Source of the DNA: Ministeria vibrans ATCC 50519
Lineage: Eukaryota > Protista > Filasterea
Direction: 5' to 3'
DNA: 64,000 bases
NCBI GenBank assembly: GCA_943704425.1
Contig: CALSCP010000883.1
Span: forward strand, 1-64,000
The position numbers were made by a program, and so were the translations under genes. The notes beneath the pieces were generated by a model. The model was not told the origin of the DNA and ran no database searches. It saw only the letters and a list, made by a program, of their open reading frames with translations. Shown here one piece after another: positions 46,267 to 64,000 of this stretch (its first letter is position 1; each line of letters begins with the position of its first letter).

Positions 46267-47888
46267 TATGTAGCGATGCGAATTGTGTTGTGGGGGTTTC
46301 CACCTACATCTTTTTTGACTGACACTGTTTCCACTTCGGTGACTGTATTAGTGAGAAGAGTGACAAAGCCATTCAAATGCTGCACAATATTGAACAAGAC
46401 GCATTTCGGACTGATCGCGATTTGGCATTTTATCGCGTAAGTGTGAAAATCAAGTTGAGTTGTAATTTTTTTTTTTTTGCCATAGGGTGAAGAAAACGCA
46501 AATGTCGTGAAACTCTGTAACATTCTGGCGACTTATGCGTTCTACGAAGACAGTGGATATGCACAGGGAATGAATGACATTGCAGCACAGATCCTAAGTA
46601 CGGTCAGAAAGGGGATTGGTTGATTGAGAGAGACTGTTTGATTGACTGAGAGGCTCATTGATTATTTGATTAAGAAACCGTCCATCGATTGACGTGGTGT
46701 GAGTTTGATTGTTTCATTATGTGTCATATGGTGGTTTTTTTTTTGTTGCTGAGCCAATGACAGGCTATTCATTCACACACACGCACACACACATTCACAC
46801 ATTCACACACTATTTTATTCTTCAGTTGTGTTTGAGGATGAAGCAGACTCCTTCTGGTGTTTTGTGCGCGTAATGGAAACTATGCAACAGTACTTCTCAT
46901 CAAACGAAGTTGGAATGACAAAACAGGTACTGTATCAACCATTCTCTCTCCCCATCATTTTGTTTCTTTCTCTCACTTTTTGTTTCTTTCTTGCTTCTCC
47001 CTTCTCTATCACTTTTGTTTCATTCTTCTGCTCTCTATCACTTTGTTTCTTTCTCCCTTCTCTCTCTCTTTATCACTTTCTTTCTTTCTCTCTTTCCATA
47101 ATTTTGTTTTTTTCTCTTTCTCTCTCTCTTTCTCTCTCTACTCTTTTTTGTGTGTTTCAGCTGACTTTATTGTCGCAAATGGTTTTGGAAACCGAACCGG
47201 AGTTTCATTCGTATTTGGAGGAAAATGGCGCAGGAAACTTTTTTTTCTGTTACCGTTGGTTACTTGTCAATCTCAAGAGAGAGTTTAAAATGCAGGTCAG
47301 AGAAATAATGTGAGGGAGAGAGTCTATGAGAGATATGATTATGATAATTGTAATTTATACTGACTGTGTGAGTTTTGTCTGCGTGTTGTGTATTTCACAC
47401 AGCACGACACGAAGTATAATCTCAACTTAAACAAATTTTATCTGGCATAGGACGCACTTCGGCTATTTGAGATCACGTGGTCAGCACCCACAGCCAATCT
47501 GACGCGCAGGGCCCCCAAAAAACGCACTCTCTCTCCTTCCTCGTCCTCTTCTCCTTCTACCACTACCACCACCACGACGACGACGACGACGACGAGTACT
47601 CCTTCTACTAGGAATACATCTACTGCTGCTGCTGCTGTTGCTGCTGAATGTGATAGCGATGAGCAATCGTATGAGTCACTGGGCGACAACCCCTTCACGC
47701 TCTTTGTGTGTGTTGCCATTCTGCAGATGCATCGTGATCGCATTGTCAAGACCAAAATGACCCTCGAAGACATTCTCCTCTATCTAAATAATCTCTCGCG
47801 GAACATTGAACTGCAAAAGGTTCTCGAGTCGGCAAAGAAGCTCTGGTGGCGCTGGATCACGCAGCGTGTCGACGTGACCACTCTCTAA
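44847..47888 (+). CDS. TBC-domain Rab GTPase-activating protein (TBC1D15/16/17-like)
   Basis: IFRGGVHHSIRKRVWRFL, DAFRTDR, GYAQGMNDI, EADSFWCF, FFFCYRWLLVNLKREF. Confidence 0.9.
45432..45630. repeat. (GT)n microsatellite, imperfect
   Basis: Visible directly. Confidence 0.9.
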
Positions 47889-47946
47889 CTCAACGGTGAA
47901 CATTGTGAAAGAAATTGTACAATAGTATAAAGATATTATAATAATA

Positions 47947-55002
<7,056 letters not shown>

Positions 55003-55504
55003 ATCTGAGAAGAAGCGCAGAAGAAGACGGAGAAGAACGGAAAGGAGATGGATGAGCGTTAACCAAGACACCGACTACAAAGCAAACAGCGGCGTGCGAT
55101 GCGTGTGGGAAGCGAGAGCGGTTGTTTGTGTTGTCAACTGTAAGCGTTACTGTCAATCAGAGGAGCGAGCGACGGGACAAGAACCACAAATGCGTTTGTT
55201 CTGTTGTGGTGGAGAGACAGGAGAAGCGAATGGCATGGGATGAGGGAGCGAGAGGGAAAGGGAGAAGGAATAAAGAGAGAGCGAGAGAACGGAAATTTGC
55301 CCATCTTTACAAAGTCAACTCACCGTGTCAAACACGTGCGTCAAATACCTGGACTGAGTACTTTTGTCTTTTGTCTTTCTGACAAACGGAAAGACAGGTC
55401 AGAACGCAGGAAAGAAAATAATATTATTAGATATTTTTAAGCTATTAAGCTAAATTGATTACGACGAGTATTGAATGAATCAAAGCACTTTTAATAGTTT
55501 CGCC

Positions 55505-57011
55505 ATGAATTACCTCTCCGCCCTTCGGTGGGAACCCCTGGCGTACATTGGGGTTGGTGCAGCAGCGGCATCGGTGTACTTCTACTGCAGGGGCCGCAAG
55601 GCAACGAGAGCGGCGTCGGGCAAGGGCGGCGGTGCTTTGTCGTCGGCGGCAGTGGCGTCGTCTGGCGCCGCCTGTCCGGGCCAGGCCCAATTGCTCGAGG
55701 CGGTGACTCGCCTTGCGGCAGCCATCGAGGCCCAGACGGAGGTGCTCAAGTCGGCGCCGACGCTGTCGTCGCGGGGAACGATGGGTCGCTCAGACTCGAG
55801 CAGCGTGTATTTTGATCTGGACGACACGTCGTCGCTCGAGGAGTCGCTCGCACTCGGCGCGACGGCCGCGAACGAAGCTTCCGTGCTAACCATCGAAGCC
55901 CAGGGTGGCATCGGTGACCTTGCGGCGCAGGACCGAGTGTTCATTCTGCCCATGAGTGACAAAATTCGCAATGCGCTGAGGCGAGCGGATGAGATGGACA
56001 CTGAGAATCGTGCTGAGGACGGTTTCGACGCGCTCATGGACGCTCTCAAGGACGGCGTGGCGGATCTCGACCCGCGTATCACAGCGGCACTTTTGTGGCG
56101 ACTGGCGCGCGCGCGCTTCAGCCGTGGCGACGACACTCGCCTGGAGAACAGCGAACGCGAGCGCGAGTGGGCCAGCGGTCTCGAGTACGCCGAAAGGGCT
56201 CTCGAACTTGACGAAGAATCCGCCGAAGTTCACAAATGGTAACACGTCAAAGAACACTTTGGACACGCTAATATGGTGTATTACTCATAGGGTTGCAATT
56301 CTGACGAGTTCACATGCGGAGTTTGGGGGAACTGCCAAACGCATTGAAACGGCACATTTCTTCCGAGAGCACATTGAACGAGCCATCGCACTCGAACCGA
56401 AAGACAATGTTCTCTACCATCTTATCGGAAGGTTCAACAACAACGAAAAGCAACGTTTTCTTTTTTTGTTTATTTGTTTGGTTTATTGTGTATGTGTGTC
56501 GGAAAGAGACTCATACGCTTCGTTGTGTTTAGATGGTGCTATGAGGTGTCTCAGTTGGGATGGGTGGCGCGTCGTGCTGCAGCTGCACTCTTTGGCCAAC
56601 CACCCACGTCGACAGTTGACGAAGTACAGAGAAGGAACAAACGAGTTGAGACTGAATGTGTGTGTTGTAGGCACTCGAGTACTTTTTGAAGAGTGAAGAA
56701 CTCAAGCCGGGAGTGTGGAAGGGCAACTTCCTTATGTTAGCCAAGTGCTATGAGCAAAAAGGCGAGCGTGAAAAGGCCAAACGTCATTTGGAACAACTGC
56801 TCACGGTACCATGACAAGTGTCGCTCTTAACCCTAACCCTAAAATGACACGCTTATTCCCTATTTCCAATTGGAACCGTAAATTATACTGCTGAAGTGTA
56901 CCCCAACCCTAAATGTCAATTGTTTATGTCCTTTCTTGCCAGATGCCTTCAAACACTGCCGATGACCGCAAGAGCCACGCGGAAGCCACCGAAATGCTCC
57001 GCAACATGTGA
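55505..57011 (+). CDS. RMDN: Regulator of microtubule dynamics (RMDN2/3, PTPIP51-like) TPR protein with an N-terminal TM
   Basis: LLWRLARA, EVHKWVAI, FREHIERAIALEPKD..LIGRWCYEVSQLGW..AAAALFGQPPTSTVDEAL; FFAT-like SSSVYFD. Confidence 0.88.
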
Positions 57012-57054
57012 TAAATAAATAAAAACAAACGACGTACTGAAACAGTATTGGTAT

Positions 57055-59713
57055 TCATTGCTTTTTCTTGATCTGCGAATGCAACTGAGCCAAGTCCAGC
57101 ATGAGGTTGCGGTTGAGCACTCTGCTTGCAGTAAGCAGACCACCAAACATGGCACCCGCAAACCCACACGAGAAGACATCCTGACCGGTCAGAAGCAAAT
57201 TCTGCAATGCACAAGCTCAGTCAGACGCTACAGAATGGAATTATTGTTTTGCACACACCTTAATAGGCGTTTCGGGGCGAAGAGCAATGACTGCCTCGGG
57301 CGAGAAGCGCGCCAGAGTATGGTCAATGCCATAGATCTCACCACGAGGAGCCATCAGATACCTACCAGACAAAATAATAATAATACAATTATTATTTATC
57401 ATAGTAATAATTATAACGAACTATTACTTCGACATACCACTTGTTTGTGACGGGAGATGCAACATCAAAGTATGCCTCACGGCCCTTAAGCTGCGGGTAC
57501 TCAGCACACACCTGCTCCCACGCACGACGTCCAATGCGCTCCTTGAGCTCAGTGTACTCTTCGCCACGTTTCATCACGCGCGCTGATTCCCACTGTGGAA
57601 ACGAAAAAGGGTCAGAGAGTGAAATAGTAATACAGTGAGTTTTCGAGTGACATTGAGTGTGGGTAATTTGAGCGAGAGTATCGTGGGTCGATTGAGATTC
57701 GAGTGGCATTGGATGCGTAATGTCTGACCTGCTCAAACCACTCGTAGGGCGCAAGGGTGACAATTTCACAGGTAGACTTGCCCGGGAAACGTTGCTTCCA
57801 AGTGGGATCCTTACAGGAGGGGAACGACACAAAAAGCAAAGGGATATCTTCAGTGCCCGCTTTGCTTGCGGGAAGCGAGATGTAGCGATCGTATTCGGAG
57901 TCAAGCGAGTTGGACGTGAAGGCCCACGCATTGGTAGCCTTGAGGTTGAGCTCGTCGGCATCACCTTCGAGGCCAATGTAGACCGACATGGCACCAACAC
58001 CGTGTGTGCTGTGCTGGATGTGCTCGCTATCGGTGGGCACACGCAGAGCCGCACTAGAGGGCACCAGACGCTCAAACGTGTTGAAGACACCTGCATCCGA
58101 AATGATCAGCGGTGCGTGCAGCGTCTGTTCACTGCCCGCTCCCTTGCGCACTTTCACGCCAACGGCAGTAGAACCTGATCACAAAAAGAAAGAGGGAGAG
58201 TAAAAAAAAAAGAGAGAGAATGAGGAGAAAGAAACAAAGTGTTTGAGAGAGGTACAGTGAGTGTTCCATATAAATATTGTATTTTGTACCTTCAACAATA
58301 ATCTCGGTCACAGTGGCACGCACAAGCACGCGGCCACCGGCAGACTCAATGACGGGGATGATGTGATAGGCAATCTCCGAGGCACCGCCACGAGGGTAGG
58401 CGACTCCCATGAGGAAGTGGTTGACAAGCGCCGCGTGCATCGTGAAAGGCGCCTTGTGCGGCGGCGTGCCATAGTCGCCCCAGCAGTAGGCGAGCGTGGC
58501 GCGCAGATCAAGGTCATCCGTGAGTGACGCAAACACATCCGAAACCGACCGTCCCGCGTACTTGAAGTAGTCCGTGTACTGGCCCAGCAGGCCCGTCTTG
58601 ACGAGCAGCTTGGCAATCCAGACTGGCAGAAACTTGAGCGAGACAAAGCCGCCCATGCTGCGACGTGACTTGGCCAGCAGATCCAGGTAGCCATCGATTG
58701 CCTTGGCCTCGTTCGGGAACTCCTTGAGAAGCGCCGCACGGAAGTTGTCCTTGCCCTTGACAATGGGAATCTTGCGCGCCTTACCCGGCTCGCCGATCAG
58801 CACCCGGTCGTACTCGTCCTCGAGCGGTGTCCACTCGATCTGGCCCTCCGAAATCTGGTCCAGCAGTTGCTTGAACAGCGTGCGATTGCCAGTCTCGCCA
58901 ATGTAGTGAATTCCCGTGTCAAACTCATAACCCTACCAAACATACACACATTCCATAACAAGTGATACGGTTAGAAAGACAAAAAAGAAGAAAAAAAAGA
59001 CACCGGTACACACAGTACAATATACATAATAAGTTATACGGTTAAAAAGACAAAAATAATAATAATAAATTATTATTATAATAATAATTATTATTGTTAC
59101 GATTAGTAAAAAAGACAAAAAAAAAAGAAGAAGAAAAAAAGACAAGATTGACTTGGCATTGATAGGATACCTTGTCCAAAAAGGTGTGGCAGCAGCCACC
59201 AGCCTGGTCGTGCTGCTCGAGCACAAGCACGCGCTTTCCGGCGCGCGCAAGAATGGCCGCCGATGCAAGACCGCCAATGCCACTGCCGACGACAATCGCA
59301 TCGACGTGGGCCGGCACCTTGTCCATCGTGAACCCCTGCTTCAACACCTGCGTTGCACGGTGGAGCGCACCACCGCGCGTGCCGTGTGTGTCAGTTCTGC
59401 GCACTCTTTTTTCATATGTATTCTGTATCGTTTTCCCTTCTCCTCTCACGAACCTTATCACGAGCGGCGTGGTCCGCAACGAACGGCTGCATAGGCTTGC
59501 GACCGTCCTTGGAGAACGGGTTGCGGCCCCTTCCACGCACGGCGAGAGTCAGTTGGTGTTGTTTTGACGGCCGGAAGGATTCGAGTTACGATGCACTTAC
59601 TTGGGACCCGACGAAAAAGCACGCTTGAGCAACACCAATGCAGCGCCTGCGGCCACAACGCCAACCGCAACGGGGTGCAGGTGAACAAAATCGACAACCT
59701 GGTTCACGATCAT
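57055..59713 (-). CDS. RETSAT: All-trans-retinol 13,14-reductase (RETSAT)/phytoene desaturase-family oxidoreductase
   Basis: [92 protein letters not shown]. Confidence 0.9.
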
Positions 59714-59796
59714 TAGACAAAAGTGTGTGAATTGGTATTGAAATTTGAAGTCGTCTTAACAGTATTAACCAGAATTATTTTTCGGAATAAGTTTTG

Positions 59797-61779
59797 ATGG
59801 ATCCCCCACGGAAACAGAAGAAAGGCAAACGCCCTCGCAGCGAAGGAGCTCCTTCACGGGCGACCCATTCGAGAGCTCCGGTGCACAAGAAGATCAAAAA
59901 GAGCACTCCAGCGGCAGCGGCAGCATCGGCAGACGACGAGCCAACAAGTGACATTGACGAGGTGGACGCGGAGAGCGACGACGACGCTGCTGAGGAGCAG
60001 CAGCAATTCTGTGCCATCGTCGACGCGGCGGGACAAGATGTGCCCCAAGGCTTGGTCTTGGGCGATGCGCCGTTGAAGTCGGACAGCGGCGTTGTCGGTC
60101 GAAGGTGAGACAAGAAAAAACACACCATTTTCACGCACTGCACGCGACTCATTCGCATTCCACTGTGCCCCAGTTGCTTTGCATCGCTGTTGGCGCCTCT
60201 CTCGTTGAAACAGTTCTACACCACCTACTGGGAGAAGACGCCCGTGGTGGTGCGTCGCCGACGCCCAAAGTTCTACGGGTCGCTCTTTTCGTCAAGCATC
60301 TTACAGGAGATCATGCGAAACAACCTGCTCAAGTACGGCGTCAACATTGACGTGGTGGAGTACGTCGACGGGGTGCGCGAGACGGTGAATCCGGACGGGC
60401 GGGTGAAGCTGGCGACTGTGATGCAGGCACTCGACAGCGGCTGCTCCGTGCGCATGCTCAACCCGCACACGTACCACAAGCCACTGTGGCATCTTCTCTC
60501 GCGTCTGCAGGACCACTTCAACGCATGCATGGGCGTCAATGTGTACTGGACGCCGCCAGGCGCACAAGGCTTTGCACCGCACTACGACGACATTGAGGCT
60601 TTTGTGCTGCAGATCGAAGGGAGCAAACGATGGCGTCTCTACGCGCCGCGTCACCCAGGCGAGCAGCTTGCGCTTGACTCGTCGCGCGATTTTCGACCCG
60701 ACGAGATTGGCGAAGCCCTTGCCGACGTGGTGCTCAACCCAGGGGACCTCATGTACTTTCCGCGCGGCTGCATTCATCAAGTTCGTCAAGAGAAATTTCA
60801 TCGATGACTCTCACTAACTCCCTTTTGTTTCTTTCTATCATTCTTTCTTTCTCCTTTCTCTTGTTCTCCCCTTTTTTTTCTCTCACTTTGTGTTTTTCTT
60901 CCTCCCTTCTCTTGTTCTGCCTCTCTATCGCTCTCTCTTTTTTAGGCGGTTTCGTGTGGCCAAGTGCCATCGCTGCATCTGACCTTGAGCACATATCAGC
61001 ACAACTCATGGTCCGACCTGCTATCACAAGTGCTCCCGCGCGCACTGCGCTCAGCAACGGAGCGCAGTGTGGAGCTGCGCAGTGGACTGCCCCTCGACTA
61101 TGCCAGCTATACGGGCGCTGCCGCCACGGGGGTGGTGGAGGCGAGTCGTGGGGTGGGAGCCGGGGCGGGCGTAGGCCAGCTGGCGATGCGCGCCTCGGAG
61201 CGCCGTCGGGTGTTTATGCAGCGGGTGAAGGAACTGGCTCAGTTGGTCGTGACGGAAATTGGACGAAATGTCGATGGAACAGACGAGGTGGCCGCTGGTG
61301 ATGGAGGGGCACATGAGGATGCGCCGTATGGACGTGTGGTCGATGCAAGTGCTGAGACACTGGCCATTCGATTTGTCAATGATTCATTGCCGCCCGTGCG
61401 CTCAGCCGCTGAGCTTGCGGCGTCGTCCGATGGTGCCTGGCCCGAGCTCACTGCTGAGTCGCGTGTGCGTCTGCTGCGACGCACCACCATGCGGGTGAGT
61501 AAAGACCCCGACGGGACCACAGTGGTGCACCACAATGTCGACAATGCACGTGTGTTTCACGGTGAGCCCCCGCAGAGCATCGCCTTTCCCGCCGACGCCT
61601 ACCCACTCGCCTCTGCGCTCCTCTCTCGCTACCCTGCTTTTGTCACCATTTCCTCGCTTGCTGACGAGCTCCCGTACATTTGCGAGAGTGCCGATGGACA
61701 GAACCGCCACGAGTTTGCTCTGGCGCTTGTCACGTCGCTCTATGAGAATGGTTTGCTCGTCCTCAGCGACAAGGCGTAA
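59797..61779 (+). CDS. RIOX1: JmjC ribosomal oxygenase NO66/RIOX1
   Basis: FYTTYWEKTP, GCSVRMLNP, NVYWTPPGAQGFAPHYDDIEAFVLQIEGSKRWRLY, PGDLMYFPRGCIHQ, SLHLTLSTYQHNSW. Confidence 0.93.
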
Positions 61780-61903
61780 AATATTTGTAGATCAAACATT
61801 AAAATATTATTATTCCTATTCTTCTTACCCATCAGGGCCCACCCCTTTCTCCTCCTTTCCCTCTCCCTCCGTCCACAACTGCCCTGCCGCCCCTCCCTTC
61901 TCC

Positions 61904-62081
61904 ATGGCGTCCACTGTTGCCACTCCCACTCTCACCCCATCCCCCTCCGTCAACTCCATCTCGCCACTCCCTACCTCCGCTCTCAATGCCCTCAACCTTG
62001 CCCTGAAGCCCCGTCGGAAACGACCCCAGGTCCTGCCGTCCTTTCAGGTATCGCTCAATGACTCTTTGGTTTCACTGATCC

Positions 62082-62114
<33 letters not shown>

Positions 62115-64000
62115 ATGTCTTTCTTGTAGCGACGCGTACGGCACATTGTGAGCATCAGCGCACGCAACGTCCGCAACCACAGTGGCAGCGAGCTGTTTGA
62201 GACGCACTTTACGCTCCATGCACACCCATCTGCGCCAGGTAAGACGCTGAAAGGTCAAAAAGAAGTGTCTCTTTGATGCATTGTCTCTCTCTCTCTCTCT
62301 CTGTGTGTTTCAGCCTTCTACACGTCAGAACAGATTGGGCCAACCTTCAATCCCACCTGGAGGGCATTTGACTCGACGCAGTTTGACAGTGCGAGTGTCG
62401 ACAAGGCGTCCACCGTTGTCGTGGTGCGAGTGTGGACCGGCGTGCAGCTGCTCATTGAGTGGGATCTCTGTTTGTACGCTCTGTCGCCCATTGGCCGTGA
62501 TCTTCATGGCGACTCCATTATCTACCCATCCAACTCCATTGTGGTTGAGCTCTCAAACGGCTTCTACGGCCTCCCCGACGAAGAACACGAAATCACCTCG
62601 AAAATGGACCAGGCGGGTCGTCTGCAGGCGACCTTTATGCGCGTCGATCGAACCAAGGCACCAACTAACAAAAAACGAAAGTATCCGTGACTTACGTAAT
62701 CCCCCCCACTTCGTTTGATATATGTAGCTTGCCAAGATGTTTACAAAGGATCACCTTGTGCGTCTGTACGAGCTGCAGGGGCGGCTGTACAGCTCACGAG
62801 CGACGCGCCAGCACCACCAGCACATCTTTGAGCAGCACCAGTCGACACTACACTCGTCTCCTTCTGTACCCTCTTCCTCCGTTGGCGCACTTTCTGGTGT
62901 GTCTCTTCGCATTGCAGATCTGAAGCGACGTCGCAACTTGCTACAGCGTCAGATCAGACACACACAAACGCAAATCAGTCTGATCCGCTCTGAGACACAC
63001 TCCACCACCACTCAATACGTTGCGTCGGGTCGCACTGCCCTCGACCAGTCCCTTTCACTCCTCCACGAACACCGCCTGGTCCTTCGCGATCGCGACCATT
63101 GGCTTCAGCTCAAGCGCGATCTGCTCCGTCGCTCTCTGGCCCTCCTCAAAATTAGACGAAATGAGCTCATCAATCAACTCTTTACATTCTATCCCCTTCA
63201 AATGGTACTGGAATAGTATCATGAGCGAGCCAAGTTCTCATTCGTACTATCGTTTGCATTGCAATAGGTTCCGGATCAACCTAACATCTATTCGATTCAC
63301 GGACTGCGACTGCCTAACTCGGATTATGCCGGTAAGACAAAACTGACTGGTTTTGAGGGCAAATTGTGCCACGTACAACACATACGTATATATACAGTTA
63401 AAGAGAGGCAGAGGCAGAGAGAAACAGGGAAAGAAACAAAGCGATAGAGACAAACACTGTATTTTACTCGTCATATTAATCATTAATAATTATATTTTAT
63501 AGGATGCGATGAGGAGATGATTGCAACTGCTTTGGGCCACACGGCGCACGTGGTCTCTCTTATTGCCCGTTTTCTTCAGGTGCGTATCCCTTCTTTCTTT
63601 CTTTCCCTTTCCTATTTTACGCATTTTCTTAATCTGCCTCCCTGGTATGATGGTGAAAAAATAGGTCTCTCTGCGATACACTCTGTTTCCTATTGGCTCT
63701 CGCTCTCTCGTTCGTGATGATGTATCTTCGTCTGCTCAGAATATGTACCAACATAACTTTCAAGTTTGCGTCGTCGGTTATTGTCACTCATTCTTTGTCA
63801 CAAAACAACACCACCACTTAGGTTTCCGCTGTTCACAAAGGGAATGGAACGACTTCGGTTTCACACTGCAGTCTTCTTTCTCAACAAAGACATTGAACAG
63901 GTTTGTTCTGCTCACATTATCATTATTTTAATATTATTTCATTTTACCTACTCACTCTTTATCACTTTGTTTCTCTCTCTCTCCATCACTTTGTTTCTCT
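61904..64000 (+). CDS. UVRAG: UVRAG/Vps38 (PI3K-III complex II subunit), 3' partial
   Basis: RHIVSISARNV, FYTSEQI..NPTW, LLIEWDL, coiled coil RRNELINQLFTFYPL, IHGLRLPNS, IATALGHTAHVVSLIARFLQ. Confidence 0.85.

Noticed and set aside
56828-56912. Telomere-like CCCTAA units in an RMDN intron
   Set aside because: Only 2-3 copies; too short to support an interstitial telomere or healing event.

Overview
Compact, intron-rich eukaryotic DNA with GC-rich exons, AT- and microsatellite-rich introns and three N gaps. The gene content (SHIP-like phosphatase, Notch-type EGF proteins, a GAIN/GPS protein, RMDN, FUT8-like) suggests a unicellular holozoan such as a choanoflagellate or filasterean; this is inference. 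About 29 protein-coding loci can be built by hand from GT-AG spliced exons, mostly housekeeping: PrimPol, MCEE, URM1, PGAM, RPB3, NDUFA1, CENP-X, PhyH, TBC RabGAP, RETSAT-like, NO66 and UVRAG. The standout is a pair of paralogous, unannotated-looking genes about 40 kb apart (3708-8191 on +, 47947-55002 on -). Both encode [repeat domain]-[Roc GTPase]-[COR]-[caspase-like C14 protease with intact His/Cys dyad]. One has ankyrin repeats, the other WD40 repeats, and they share equivalent introns. This resembles a modular, NLR/apoptosome-like 'Roco-caspase' receptor family. Other oddities: a GAIN/GPS autoproteolysis motif followed by EGF repeats rather than a 7TM, a Reelin-like subrepeat plus EGF protein, a ~1,600-aa coiled coil fused to a WDR13-like propeller, a BRPF/JADE-like scaffold without PHD fingers, and BTB plus CAP-Gly. 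Several genes break at microsatellites or gaps, which suggests local mis-assembly.
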